Shown in pieces: positions 35,388 through 49,056 of a DNA stretch of 64,000 bases. The stretch is from Zancudomyces culisetae HAW-14-8 (Eukaryota; Fungi; Kickxellomycota). How positions within the stretch are numbered: the first letter of the stretch is position 1; every line of letters begins with the position of its first letter. A program made the translations under genes and the position numbers. Below the pieces are notes generated by a model, which searched no databases, was not told where the DNA came from, and worked only from the letters and a program-made list of their open reading frames with translations. The stretch covers positions 1-64,000 of the forward strand of contig JBNJNM010000014.1 of the NCBI GenBank assembly GCA_052426225.1. The letters are read 5' to 3'.

Positions 35388-36953
35388 AGAGCTCTACCTA
35401 AACTAGTAGGTGAAAAGCGGTAGTGTTGTATTGTGATACACCACGCTTGGTGCAATTTATGTCTTTTTCGTGTATAATCACTTAAATGGACATTTACAAA
35501 AAAAGTTTAATCAAATTGACAACGGATGGACGTTCCAGTTCCTTATCTTTCATCAAACATAAACTGGCAATTTCGATCTCAATTATAGGTATTGGGCGTT
35601 TATTGAATGGTTCTTGATCGAGATATTTATAAGGGTTGGCAAACTACTTTGTGGCATTTAATTTGGATAATCCTGGTTGCGATACTACATTTCAAGTAAT
35701 CAACACCTATTAATTGAAAAACAAAACACGTTTAGTCTGACAACCAAACAATATTCCTACAGAGTAAATAGGTTGGACTACAGATATATTGTTATATAAC
35801 TATTCAAACGGAAATAGCTCGAATTAAAAGGCGTGACAAAAATGACATGTTTGAAAATAAACAACTTTTGTGCTAATGTGTTGACTGAAATATTTATATT
35901 TTATAGAACCCATGAGCTAGTTTATAAGGCAGGGGTATGTATTATATCTTCATCATCTAAGTACCATATGCTATTTTTATACTGAGGTGTGCTAGAATCA
36001 TCAGAGAACTATAATTTTACTCTACTTTGTATAAAGTTTATTGATAATTTTTATTCTTGTGATTGGGATAAGCAACTGGAGTACTAGTGCTAACATTATT
36101 TTGTCAACTATAACCATTCGGATAATAATGTAATGCTCTTACAAAATATCTGGTGTATACTAAGAGAACTGTTAATTTTTATGTATCTATGCTTAAAAAT
36201 ATTCTGAAAGGCGATACTAGCCTTTTTTTTGAAATGAATGGTGTAAATTTATATAATTAGTGGAAGATGAAAGTATAATGTGAAATACTCAAAATGATGA
36301 ATCTAACTGTAGTTATCGAATTGAACACATCTATAAACAACTTACAATACTATATGAATGTCTTAGTGGTGGTGGTAGTGTTATAGATAGATTAATTATC
36401 TATCTTGCAAAAGTTGAAAAACCATTGTACATTGCATATTTCTTGATGAAAAATATGTCAAATCAGGAAATATTGGGATTCTGAAACACTTGATTTTGAG
36501 GGTCTAAAAGTAAATAATGAATATATCACTGATAGTCTTTAGCATTTAATTCGAAATCATTCAGTAGAATAGTGATAATATTTTGCGTAGAAGAGGGATG
36601 TGAATACTCATCGCAGAGGAAGTATAAATATAAATACTGTGGGTCGCGTGTAATTAGGGAAATATTTGGTAGTTAGAAATATTTATTGATCATTGATTAA
36701 ATTGGTACAATAATCAAACCATATGAATAAAGTCCAACTATTTTTGTATAGTCAACTTCAGTAGTACAAGACTGGTTATCGATCTGTAAAATAATGTTGC
36801 TGTAACTGCAATAACCGTTGAGAAATGCAAATATTAGTGTATTAAAGATCCATTATTCTTATACAAAACTATGTGTAATATAAAAATGGAGTAGAGAATA
36901 AATAATAGACCTCTTAGCATTATTAAATAGAAAAAAAATCCTTCAATTTTTTA

Positions 36954-38420
36954 TCACAGCATATAACGAAAATTTGGATGGTAATCGTGCATGGCTCGCT
37001 GCTCTTCCGGGCTCAAATGTGATACATCTTGTGGATTCATGTCCTTATTCTTGTTCATGCGATTAAGACTAAAAGCAAGCAATAAAGTTAAAACAACTGA
37101 AACCCCATATAGTCCAAATGCAAACGCATAGCCTGAAGTATACTTCGGCGCGGTTGCAGTTGTAAAAAGATAGGGCGAAATAATACCAGCAATTGAACCA
37201 ATCATTACAAACAGGGCCGACTTCAATGCACGCTTTTGTGTACTGCCAGCGTTTACTGACATCCAACTCATTGCGGTAGGAATGGCTGCATACAATGGGA
37301 TGCCCAGAATAGAAATAAATACTAGTCGGAGGACCTTGTTTCTAGTGTACGCAACGACAGCAAAACAGACTACAGACAGAATGTCTAGAGTTAGAACCCT
37401 GATAAAGTAGGGTGTGCTTTGAAAGAGAAACGCAAAAGCGATTGCACTGACTGTGCCGGTTATCGACACCAAGCTGGACAAAAATGTGGATGTTGCGCTT
37501 GAAAATCCAAATGATTTGATGATGCTTGGACCAACAAAGCCCATAACGTTAAGTGCGTTGTTTCGGGACAGATTGAGAAGAGCAAATACCCAAACCTTCC
37601 AGTCAAGAATGGTATCAAGGATGGTCCTAATGGTTATTCTAGATTTTTCAGCACTGCCCTGACTGGCATTGATTCGCTTGATTACTAGGCTCTGTTCGGT
37701 ACTCGTTAAAAATTTTGCACGTTCTGGATAGTCCTTAATCACAAAAATGGATGTAATAGCAACAATAAATGTGATCATTCCACCAAAAATAAAAATTGGC
37801 TGGTATGGGGCCAGGTTTCCTACACGTATCAGGACAAACGCACCATACAACAAATTGACGATTCCGGATGCCGGGAGTGCTGAAAACATGACAGACATGC
37901 GAGGACCCAGCTCCTCGCGTGTATACCAGTACCCCAAGTATGTAATCATTCCTGGTGTAAATCCGGACTCAACTAGACCCAGAATCAGCCTAATGAGTAT
38001 TGCTTGTCCAGCATTCTTGGCAGCCGCCATACACATACACGTTATTGACCACGCAATCCCAATAAATGGAAACCAAAATGATGGTCGTGTTCTTTTCAGA
38101 ATCATGTTTGCAAATGGCTCCATCAATATGTATGTGATAAAAAACAGTGAATTAACACTTCCTTGCTGAGAGGGTGTGAGATTCAACCTTTCAACCATAC
38201 CATTGACCATTGCTGCTCCTACATTAGACCTGTCCATAGCACCTGAAAGATACAACAGGTACATGATGGGCAGGATGCGAATATCTATTTTTCTTCGAGC
38301 CTTTTTAATTATACTCTCTTCTTCTGTTGTTAATGCTATGACCTTATTTACGTCATATCTATCCTTCTGATCTCTGAGACTAGACTGGCTTCCTCTTTCT
38401 TTTTTACCAAGATTATCCAT
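36954..38420 (-). CDS. MFS transporter, anion:cation symporter (Dal5/Tna1-like) family
   Basis: RKIDIRILP, MDRSNVG, R.ILGLVESGFTPG...WYT.EEL, DYPERAKFLT, WKVW, AP.Y..G, NFRY; about 12 hydrophobic segments. Confidence 0.93.
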   Translation of the reverse strand: MDNLGKKERGSQSSLRDQKDRYDVNKVIALTTEEESIIKKARRKIDIRILPIMYLLYLSGAMDRSNVGAAMVNGMVERLNLTPSQQGSVNSLFFITYILMEPFANMILKRTRPSFWFPFIGIAWSITCMCMAAAKNAGQAILIRLILGLVESGFTPGMITYLGYWYTREELGPRMSVMFSALPASGIVNLLYGAFVLIRVGNLAPYQPIFIFGGMITFIVAITSIFVIKDYPERAKFLTSTEQSLVIKRINASQGSAEKSRITIRTILDTILDWKVWVFALLNLSRNNALNVMGFVGPSIIKSFGFSSATSTFLSSLVSITGTVSAIAFAFLFQSTPYFIRVLTLDILSVVCFAVVAYTRNKVLRLVFISILGIPLYAAIPTAMSWMSVNAGSTQKRALKSALFVMIGSIAGIISPYLFTTATAPKYTSGYAFAFGLYGVSVVLTLLLAFSLNRMNKNKDMNPQDVSHLSPEEQRAMHDYHPNFRYML

Positions 38421-40553
38421 TCTTTTGTCTTTTGTGCTGCTTTCTTTTTAGTTTTAATTTGATAATATTTAGTTAGAGTAACTGGCAGTACATCTACAGC
38501 AGGGATGTACAGAGTATTTATTGCCTTAAATGCAAAAATTAGTTGTCACAGAAATGGTAATCCGGAAGCGTACTAACAATCCCTAGCCATTTGGAGAATT
38601 ATTTTTCTAAAATCACAAAGTTGTATCAAATGAATCATGAAACGTGACAGTCAGCACAGATTTCACAGGTTAACTTAGTAGTCTTATGACAACAAAAAGA
38701 CGACTATCGTACTACTGAACGATAGTTTTTGGTAGATCAGTATCGTATCTATGAATACCCAAAACACATTTTTTTACTATCCATTTACTCCTTGGCTCAA
38801 TTAGTTGTTCTTATACTTTTAATATGAGGCAAACCAAATTATATAGGTTTGAAAAAGGTAATTTAAAAACATGATTTAACCCTAGTATCAAAGTTGCAAT
38901 CATGTTATCGTAAGCCGGATTATTGGTAAATCGCAATAAAAAAATTGTAGGCAGCTGCACAGCCCACAAATTAAAATTTGTACTTCACTGTCATTTTGCA
39001 TTACATATGGCACACGAAAAACCTAGCTTGAATTTTTATTAATCACATAGTGTTGTAGCACTATTAACCATAATCTAACACCAATATAAACGTAAGACAA
39101 AACATAAAAAAAAGACCTGTGTTTCACCCATACGGATTTTCCTGATCTATTTATTTTTTCAATAAACGGGGGATCAGGTACGCAGGTATTCATAAACAAC
39201 CAATGCCAACTCTAACATTCCCACTTCCCTTCAAAATAAACGGATAACTGCTTTAAATACTCTTGTTGTTCTTATTGCGGTGGCACAGCAAAAAAAACGT
39301 CAACAGTATTACATAATAGAAGCAAAAGAAGAAAGAAAAGGTCGGGTCAATAAGTTGGCCAAAGCCAACAGACTACTATATCGTTGAAAGGGATATTCAC
39401 ACGATAAAACCAATAACAAAATTTCTATTCGCCACGATCTTTGTTGTTACAAGTTTATCCGTATATATAAAATACACATCAGCTTCAAACACTATAATAA
39501 TAAGAAGAAAAAAAGAAAAGCGGCTAAAATGTCACTTTATATTACTCAGTGATTAATAGATCAACAAACCATTCCAATCGGAGAAATATGGAGAACAATT
39601 TTTAACCCGGAAAGAATAGCCCAAAAAATAACATGTATTTTCAATTATTCACCCACTTCGAAACCTCGATATTCGAGTGTGAAAAAAATGTGGTTAGACA
39701 GAGAAAAAAAGTAAAAATATCAGGAAGATGGTATGGAAATAGCTAAAAATAAAAGTGTTGAGCTTATGCTAGCTTTGGTTAGCACCTAACTATAGTTAAA
39801 CATTAAAGCGTCATGGATACAACACAAAAAAAAGATATATGACAACCCACAGCAATAACAAGCGGTATATATTCCATAATCCGATACTACACTCGTTTGC
39901 AAGCTTATTAGGTACTTTTCTTTAAAAATAGAAAACCAAAGGTGAAATACTCTTGTATAACGATTTTAAATTATTTAATTATTTAATCTTGATAATCTCA
40001 AATGGGTTGTTTTAGGATCGATAACATTCTAGTCCTTTTTACCAATAAATAGAATGAATATAATAAAACAAAGATAATATGATGACATCATTCTAAACAA
40101 AAATATCAATTTCTCTTGTGTACACAAACCAGGTGTCTATCATAGATACAAACAAGACTCCATTGCACTGAGGTGAACAACACTATCAATACTATTATTT
40201 GTACCATTTGTTAAAATTTACCAAGATTCTACGAACACCTAGAAGAAAAACCTCTTACAAAACAAGTTGTAATTAAAAGAAACACTATGGATAAATTCAT
40301 CTATTTAAACAACTAGCTGATGTGACTGGGAACAGTTTAAAATCAAGTAAAATGCCAAAATAAACGTATCATTTAATGCGGAACATAAATACAACATTAA
40401 CTAAATTGGTAAGAGATACTAAAATATTGTTGTTTAGTACTTAACGTTTAGTAGAAAAACTAAAAAAAATACAACAAACTTAGGCATTTAAAACAATAAA
40501 ATCAATAAAAAACAGCATTAAACAAATACATTTAAAAACTTTTTCAAAAAGTG

Positions 40554-40635
40554 GTCGGTGTGTCCGAGTGGTTAAGGAGACAGACTAGAAATCTGTTGGG
40601 CTCTGCCCGCACAGGTTCAAATCCTGTCGCCGACG
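40554..40635 (+). tRNA. tRNA-Ser(AGA), no intron
   Basis: Acceptor GTCGGTG/CGCCGAC+G; anticodon arm ACAGA-CTAGAAA-TCTGT; long variable arm; GGTTCAAATCC; T5 terminator at 40641. Confidence 0.97.
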
Positions 40636-41928
40636 TAATGTTTTTATCTTTTTCCCAACTTTGGGGTTCAGTTATCTTTTGTGTAATATGATTCCAATAA
40701 CCCTTTGCTAGCGAATCAATTTACGGTTCAGGGTAGTACACGACTATTAATGAGAGCACGGTTGTGGGCCATAATAAAGAATTCTATATATTCGGTAAAG
40801 CATAGATAGGATTATTGTCAAGTCAAGTGTAAGAAGGAACATCAAAAGTAGGAACAAAGTGTACCTTTCTTAATAGGATGTACTTTATGTATTACAGATT
40901 ATTATTGTTATTATTATTAATTCAGCGATAAAACAGTATTTAACGACCATATAGAGCTGATCGAGTTATCTATAACCTGAGTACAACTGACCGAATCAGT
41001 GCCATTCCTAACTTAGTCTGCAGCTCGACTGAAAAACATATCGGATTGAAAATATCACAATCCCTACATATTAAACAACCTATGGCATGATTCTATAGTC
41101 ACTAAAATCCATTAAATTGTATTATATATGCTCTATCATCCTTAAAAGCGACAAACTACTGCTCATATCCAAGTGTGTGTTGTACTAAGATATTCATTTA
41201 TACCAGTGCAGTTCTTATATTTCGGTCGCTTACGCATTTCATCCATTCCCCCCAATTGCTGTTGCACTTTTCAATTTACTTCATTTCATTTTTTTTTTAT
41301 AGAAAAAGCGTGAAAATTTTTTTCTAGAAATGAGTATAAACTCCATTAATTCACTAGCGTACCTTCTGCCTACTGATTCCTAAACCAAAAAGTGCAAGGC
41401 AAAAAAAAAAACAAAAATTTTATTTGGATAAGGGTTGTTTGTGTGTGCAAAAAAAACAATACTTTTTTAAAAATCAGTTAATTATTACTGTAAATAAAGA
41501 GTAGTGCTGTCGGATTAATACTTTCAATTCAATTCAGATTTTACAATCAACAAAAGATTGAATCGAACCGGTAAATTCGTGAATTATAAACCTTCTTAAA
41601 CCGAAAGAATCTCTGTGGAAGAAGATACAACAACAACAACAACAAAAGTAAGAGAACTTAAAACCAAGTTGGTTGATTTTTTTTTACATTTTTTAATTTT
41701 TATTTTACATTTTCAAAACACACAGAATTCTGATGTGAAGGAATCAGATGAAGCTACCCTTGTGACATTTCGTATTAATTCGAAATAAAATGATATAATC
41801 ACACACACAAAGTTTTGAATTGTATTCGAGCTCAGCTCATTTCTGTTGAAATTTTGATAATCTATAGAATTAAAAAAAACAAGATAAACTTAACCTACTG
41901 CAAATAGGGAAAAGATCGAGTAGAGAAA

Positions 41929-43278
41929 ATGGCTACGGAAATAGACGCAACAAAACTAAATCCACTATCACCAGAGGTGATGAACCATCAGGCAACAATC
42001 AATATAGGAACAATCGGACACGTAGCACACGGTAAATCAACAGTGGTAAAGGCAATTTCAGGAGTGCAAACAGTAAGATTTAAAAACGAATTGGAGAGAA
42101 ACATTACAATCAAGCTGGGGTATGCCAATGCAAAGATATACAAGTGCGATAATGAAAGCTGCCCACGACCAGGCTGCTACAAGTCTTGCCGATCAGATAA
42201 GGAGGAAACCTTCAGCTGCGAGCGGGCGGGATGTAACGGAACGTTTAGATTGCTTAGACATGTGTCGTTTGTTGATTGTCCAGGGCACGATATTCTTATG
42301 GCAACTATGCTTAACGGAGCAGCTGTTATGGATGCAGCAATATTGTTGATAGCAGCAAACGAAAGCTGCCCACAACCACAGACATCTGAGCATTTGGCAG
42401 CTATAGAAATCATGAAGCTGAACCACGTGATCATTCTGCAGAACAAGGTAGATTTGATTAAGGAGGAACAGGCCAAGGAACACTACAACCAGATTCTCAA
42501 CTTTACAAAGGGAACAATAGCAAACAACGCACCAATTGTTCCAATTTCAGCACAGTTAAAATACAATATTGACGCAGTGGTAGAATACATTGTTAAAAAA
42601 ATCCCAGTACCCATCCGAGACTTTACCTCAGACCCTCGCCTAATAGTTATCCGGTCCTTTGATGTCAACAAGCCAGGAGCCGAGGTAGATGAGTTGAAGG
42701 GAGGAGTTGCAGGAGGAAGTATCTTGAAAGGAGTATTGACAGTTAACCAGGAGATTGAAATCCGACCAGGGCTTGTCTCCAAAGACTCACAAGGCCGCAC
42801 AACCATTCTTCCTATCTTTTCCAAAATCATCTCTCTCAATGCTGAATCCAACCACCTCAAATTTGCTGTGCCAGGGGGTCTGATTGGTGTTGGAACACTC
42901 GTTGATCCTACCTATTGCAGAAGTGATCGTCTCGTTGGTCAAGTATTGGGCGCTGTTGGAAAGCTTCCTGATGTCTACACTGATTTGGACGTCAACTTCT
43001 TTTTGCTCCGTCGTCTGCTGGGTGTAAAGACTGATGACAACAAGCAAGCTCGTGTATCTAAACTATCCAAGAACGAAGTGCTGATGTTGAACATTGGTTC
43101 CACCTCCGTTGGTGCCAAGGTCATGGGTGTCAAGGCTGATATGGCTAGGCTGCTTCTGAACTCTCCTTGCTGTACTGAGATCAACGAAAAAATTGCCATC
43201 TCTAGAAGAATCGACAAGCATTGGCGTCTGATTGGTTGGGCTGTAATTGTCAAAGGTACCATTTTCTCCACCAAATAA
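41929..43278 (+). CDS. GCD11: Translation initiation factor eIF2 gamma subunit
   Basis: [50 protein letters not shown]; probable 5'UTR intron from about 41648 to about 41907. Confidence 0.98.
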   Translation: MATEIDATKLNPLSPEVMNHQATINIGTIGHVAHGKSTVVKAISGVQTVRFKNELERNITIKLGYANAKIYKCDNESCPRPGCYKSCRSDKEETFSCERAGCNGTFRLLRHVSFVDCPGHDILMATMLNGAAVMDAAILLIAANESCPQPQTSEHLAAIEIMKLNHVIILQNKVDLIKEEQAKEHYNQILNFTKGTIANNAPIVPISAQLKYNIDAVVEYIVKKIPVPIRDFTSDPRLIVIRSFDVNKPGAEVDELKGGVAGGSILKGVLTVNQEIEIRPGLVSKDSQGRTTILPIFSKIISLNAESNHLKFAVPGGLIGVGTLVDPTYCRSDRLVGQVLGAVGKLPDVYTDLDVNFFLLRRLLGVKTDDNKQARVSKLSKNEVLMLNIGSTSVGAKVMGVKADMARLLLNSPCCTEINEKIAISRRIDKHWRLIGWAVIVKGTIFSTK

Positions 43279-43609
43279 TCCCCATTGCCTTTCTCATTTT
43301 CTTTTTTTTTTCCAATTCTCTTTTATTTTTTTATTCTTGTTCTTATTTTTCTTTTTCATCTCAGTACAAAATCGTCCCAAATAAACCCGCAAATAAAATT
43401 AATGTGATCCAATCCAAAAGGCTGCAAATTACCTTGTTTTAAGCAGCTGATTTTCTATATCAGCTATTACTTCAAGAAAAATAGTTTCCATTTTGATTTT
43501 TTCTATTATTCGGTTCTTTAATCCTTCCTTCCCTCAAAAAGACTTTATTAAAAGAAAAGATACACATACACATACCCATACACATACACATACCCATATA
43601 TAATGTATT

Positions 43610-46320
43610 ATGTATGACGACCTAAGACATGCTTTTGTCGAATATGTCGAATCCATTCAGAAATACAGAATTCCAATACGAAAAGAAAAACTAATTTCGG
43701 TTCTTCAAAGGGCCCAACAAGTAAGTATTCCAGGTCAATTCGATTCGTTGCCTCACTTGTTCGACTCTTTATTATAAACTCTGTTGCTAATTTCAATTCA
43801 GCAAACAGGTGATTTTACTTTCAATTATACCTGAATTTCTACTTTATTTAAAAGTGACACATTTTCAATAGACCTTTCAGAAATGTAGCTCGTCGAATAT
43901 TATATACGAAAAATATTCTGAATATCAACCCATCTTCAACTTGCTAATTCGTTGTAAAGAAACCTATGTGGATTCTCAAGTTAGCCATCAACTAGTATCG
44001 ACTATTTTGGAGTATTCAAAAACCTTTAACCCTCAACCAAACCAAATCTCGAATCAAGAGTATGTATTTTTTCTCCTAAATGATACTCTAACGATAATAA
44101 CATCAAAGTTTACGATTGAAATGCTATTGTTATTATTCTTTATGTTTATATGTCATATCTCTTATTTCTGTTTCTATCGAATAGTGCGATTGATTGGTGT
44201 GCTAAAAGTCTGGCAATTGTAAATCAACAAGTCAATTCAATCATAAACTGCGATCCATCCAAAAATGTGCTATTACCAGTACTTGATTCATACTCTCTTG
44301 CTCTAGCCGACAAGATCGAACTACTACATTCTAAACTAAAGCACAACCATCTAAAAGTGAAAGCCTTGTCCACAACTCAAATCCAAAAAATGTTGTTTTA
44401 TCTGTCCAATATAATAAACTCGTTCCCAAGTATCGAGAATAGCAGTGTAGAATTAGAATTACAGAAAATTATCGAGATTATCAATATACTACTTTCAGAA
44501 ACACAGCTGCTGTTTTCTCATGACACTGGCTCCGATAAAAAACCCACGCCAACAGTATCAGGATCGGATACTAAAGCAAACATAGAATCCACTACAATTT
44601 CAGCATTCGACTCGAGTTATTTCTTTAATAATGTATTGTTAGACTCATTCATCATATACCACTTGGATATCGATCTGTTAATAAGGTAAGCTCTTTTAGA
44701 TTTGAGAAGTGGATTTGTCAGTATTTATGTACTTTTGTACTCCAACATCGTAAATAGGATCTGGGAATATAGTAAGAGATTCCGTGATCACATGGTAGGT
44801 CACACCTTTTCTTTTTATTTTCCTAGCTGATTATTCAGTCTTTTTTTTTTACGCTTTAGTTTGGAAAATCAACCAAATCACTAATTGTATACCTATTAAT
44901 GATATAATACAATGACAATTTGTATTTTCGAATAGTTCATGTGTTTGTTTCTCAAATATACTACAACAGCAGATCCATTTTATTCCAAGAACACTGAGGT
45001 TAGGGAAAATGTACTATTAGTTGAAGACTCACTCGACCTTCTGATCAAAATGATCTTATCATCACATAAACTTTTGGATATTTTACTGGACGATCTTGTT
45101 TTTCTTTTGCTGACTTTTCGTGATTCGAGAATCCTGAATTTATGGAGAAAACTAGCAAGTTTGATTCCACTCTCTAACCTGCTTGAGAACATAAAGGTAC
45201 TACTCTTTTATATATTATTTCCACTTATTTTTTTTTATATCAATCACTACACGGGTAGTGGATATCCTACAATAACATTTTAGCTTTTAAATAAACTTAT
45301 GGGCATTAATAATGTTTAGGTAGCCGAATCGAGTTTGTTTCATGAAATTTGTGTTTTATGGCACAGCCCTCAGACCGACATTCTAAACTTATGGAGAAAA
45401 ATGGTATACCTTAAATCTCTACTCACTCTCCCGAGAGCCGAAAAAACAAAATGCATGGAAACAGAAACACAGGTCATTACAGGTGGTAGCAAGCTTCTTA
45501 GACTTTGGCTAATTACCACACTCAGCCGCTGCAAGTATTCACGGCTTACTGACCATTTATTTTGCACAAACCCCAGGAACGTCCAAGATTACACTCATGA
45601 TATTGGCGAACTGGTTGATTTCGAGCCACACTGTTTAAGGGTAATTTTATCATTCACATTTTTATACTCCTCAAAACTCTGCAGGTCCCATTAATAATCT
45701 GTATGAATTAAAAATAAGAAAAGATAAATGTCAAGATATAACATAAAACTCTAGAAGGCATACAGAGATGCGGCAATAGATCTAGTTTTGTTTGATATAT
45801 CACCGGTATCCTCCACTTTTCAGAGAGAAGCGTTAAAGATCAAGCTGGAATTGGTTCTCGCGCGAAATGGTAAAATTGTTTATTTTTATAAGTACAGGTA
45901 TCCCCCCCCCACTATTCCAGATTGATTGCTAGTGGTTTCAATTCCGACACATACTTTTGGAACTGTTATTGCAACGACGGTTTTTTAACTTGCAAGATAT
46001 TCAACATTTAAATAAACAAGTAATCCATTAATAAACCTAATGTCCTTTATGGCTAACAAAATATTAATTGTTTTTATAGGTGCAACTGAAAATAAACACA
46101 CAGGAGTGGATACAGATTCAGATTTCCACCGACTCAAAATTTGCACAGAATTTTACAATCAGCACTTCTTTATATAAAAACCTTTTTATGTACAACTTGG
46201 GAATAGCTTTGAGTTTTGAGTTTTGTTTTTTCTTTTTTGTAGTAAACGCAAACCCATCTGATCAAATTGTATACACGCGTATACTCGAGTATTGCTGTCT
46301 TCTTTCTTCTTTCTCCGTTA
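43610..46320 (+). CDS. Multi-exon protein of unknown function (3' end uncertain)
   Basis: Exon 1 43610-43720 (MYDDLRHAF...RAQQ|GTAAGT) joins in frame at 43872 (TFQKC...); further GT-AG-bounded L/I-rich segments overlap the ORFs at 44150, 44939, 45335 and 46080. Confidence 0.55.
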
Positions 46321-47329
46321 TGTTTGGACCTGCTATCCAAAATCCAATGAGCTCCTAGTACCAATTTTTTTATCTTTAATTTGGTTGGTTTGCTTAATAT
46401 ATTCCAGCTTGGCTATAAAAAAAATTATCGATTGGAAAACTATACCTTTAGTGGTAGAAAAAAAACGGCAAATCAGATTGCTGGCTTTAAGGCATTGAAA
46501 ATTAAACAGTAATGACTCGATGCAATTAATGAAGCAATCTCAAACCCGCATTAACCAACATTAACGCCACTTACGCCTTATTCGCCGGGTAAAGAGAGGA
46601 GAGAGGAGAAACAAGATATAAAAAAAGGTGGAACTCGCATTGGCAAGCCACTTTTTCTACACCGCTCTTGTATGTACCTGCAGTTATCATTAAACATCGA
46701 ATCGGGATATACTATTGGAACGGAAAATCGGGAAACGTGTGGATATGCAAATTCTACACTCCCCTCTCCTCTACTTTCTCCCTTTGCGATCTATTCGCGG
46801 CAGTTGCACCGTATTCTTAACAAGAGGTTAGTATTAATGCTTTGAAACGTAGCCAGTAAGTAATTAGCGTTCCTTCTTTTTTGATGCAATAAATAATAAA
46901 GTTAATATAAGCGTACAAAGGAGAAAAATCCAGCCAAAGATTTTCGAGGTGGTTATTTTGATATTCTGGTTATTCAGTAGTTTGATAGTTACTAATATAA
47001 CAAAACCTGAAATAGGAAACAAGAAAATTTTGCGTTATAACAACACTATAGCTCTTGCTCTAGATATCTAACCTATAGTCTCTGCCTTTCTCTTTAAAGA
47101 ACATTTGATTATAAGAATATTTGTAAATACGCGTACAATTTTTTTTCTTGACAGCTTTTTGAATATTTCTGTACTAATACCACGAACGTAACACTGTCCA
47201 TAGGTACTGACCGTTTCCATTAAGATAATAGAGTATATATATTGTTTTCACTACAAGGAATATCGTAATAGTGAATAAAACAGATATAACGTGTAGGATA
47301 CAAATATAGATAACAAAACTCAAGTCAAA

Positions 47330-48270
47330 ATGCCCAAAACTGCATCAAAAGGTAACACAGACTCATATACTAGCCATTATTATCTCTTATTTTTTTTAGA
47401 TATGGATGACCCATTCTATTAAGAACGTGGTGTGAAAAAAAGAAGAAAGAAAGAAAAAAGAGAGAAGGCCGATAACAGCAGAATAAAAGTAACATACAAG
47501 ACCTAATTTTCAATATGGTACTTAAAGTAGGTTCAAAAAAGGCATCGCCGTACAACTTATTTATGAAGGAACATTTGGCTGATTTCAAAAGCAAGAACCC
47601 AACTTTTTCTCACAAAGATGCCTTTATACGAGTAGCTGGCATGTGGAAAACATCACCAGAAAACCCAAAAAACATGGCTGGATCCGAAGGTAAACCAGCT
47701 GCAGTCACCGCTCAAGTAGCTGCCAGCCATACTAGCAGCACTCCACCTGAAAGCACAGCTTCACATCGTGACACCAAAGGGAAGTTAAAACAACATGAGC
47801 AAAGAAACGAACTATCTCCAGGAACCACATCCGCAGTTCAAAAGTCACCAAGAGCTCGTCCAAAAGAAATGAGTGCCCATAGCACTCCCCAAGACCAGCC
47901 AAGCAAGTCATTGGGAGACACCAAAAAGGCTGGTGGGAAACCGGCTGTAGCATCTACGCTCGCAGCCACATCATCACCAAAATCTACACGCGGCGCTTCC
48001 AAAGATGCTACTCAAACCTCCTCTGTAGAGACCAAAAAAACAGGTGCGCAACACAAACTCTACCACCACGAGCTCAGAGACACAGAGGTCCATGGTCCAT
48101 ACTGCCCACTTACCAAACATGGGGAAGGGGAGCATGCTCGCCTCGAAATCCATCCCCAGCAAAGTATGGAACAGAGTCGAAATGAGCGCGGTCAAGATGC
48201 ATCACACGGACCCGACAAACCTCAAGGTGTTGGGGAAAAGGCCCGCCAGAACATTTACGGTTTTTGGTAA
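47330..48270 (+). CDS. YABBY/HMG-box-like DNA-binding protein with a disordered C-terminal tail (exons 47330-47351, 47531-48270)
   Basis: Spliced N-terminus MPKTASKGSKKASPYNLFMKEHLADFKSKNPTFSHKDAFIRVAGMWK; GTAACA donor, CTAAT branch, TAG acceptor. Confidence 0.8.
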
Positions 48271-48921
48271 TCTTTTTTTTATTTTTTTATTTGCTTTTCC
48301 GCTTTTTAATACATTGAACGATTCTCGTTTTTTCTTTCGTTAATTTGCTGTAATTTTTCCTTGAAAACAAAAAAAAAAAATTTCACAAAATTCACCACCA
48401 GCACCCCCCTCCTCTCTGCCCCTCTCTGCCCCTTCCCCTTTCCCTTCCCCCCTCCCTCGCTTGTTCTAAGGGCTAAAGCTATTTTGACAGGGAAAAAATA
48501 GCTACAAATTGAATATGTGGCCAATTACATTAGCTTTAGAAGCTAATTATTGGCTGGTTTTTATATTTTTGGTATTTTTTTTCTGTTGCTCAAAATTCAC
48601 TATATAAAAAATATCAATCCAATATCCCAGCCTAAACAAAAGAAAAATTTTTTTCAAAAATAAAAAACAGCACCAGAAATAGTATTTAAACAACACAAAG
48701 ATTCTTTGTATTCTTATATTATTATTGTTTTAACAGCAGCTTTATCAGAGTATTTCCTCAAACCCAGTCCCTAGCTCCTGTCACTGCCTGGCTTCTTTGT
48801 CTCAAGAGGCCATCTCGTCTTTTTTAAAGATGATGGTTAACCCATGACTCATTAAAGGTAAGATTGAATTTTTATTTTATTTTCAAACGTATCAAGAGAT
48901 TGAGAGAGAAAAGAAAACTAC

Positions 48922-49056
48922 TAGTGATGAGTAAATTCTAAGCTGGCACCAGTCATAAAATCTATTAAGTTTGATGACAAACCCTTTGCTTGTTTGCTCG
49001 TTTAAAAAGAGGATTTAATACAACAACAACTTTACCTCTTTGCGAGTGATCCTGAA
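48922..49056 (+). ncRNA. Intronic box C/D snoRNA (snR40-like 18S guide) in an apparently non-coding host gene (intron 48858-49169)
   Basis: Box C GTGATGA 48924, C' TTGATGA 48971, box D CTGA 49052; 11-nt guide GCTGGCACCAG antisense to 18S (7707-7717); flanking stem TGAGAGAG/CTCTCTCA; GTAAGA...CTAAC...TAG intron. Confidence 0.7.

Noticed and set aside
41720-41850. Possible snoRNA in the eIF2-gamma 5'UTR intron
   Set aside because: Small hairpins are present but there are no canonical C/D or H/ACA boxes and no rRNA complement of 10 nt or more was found
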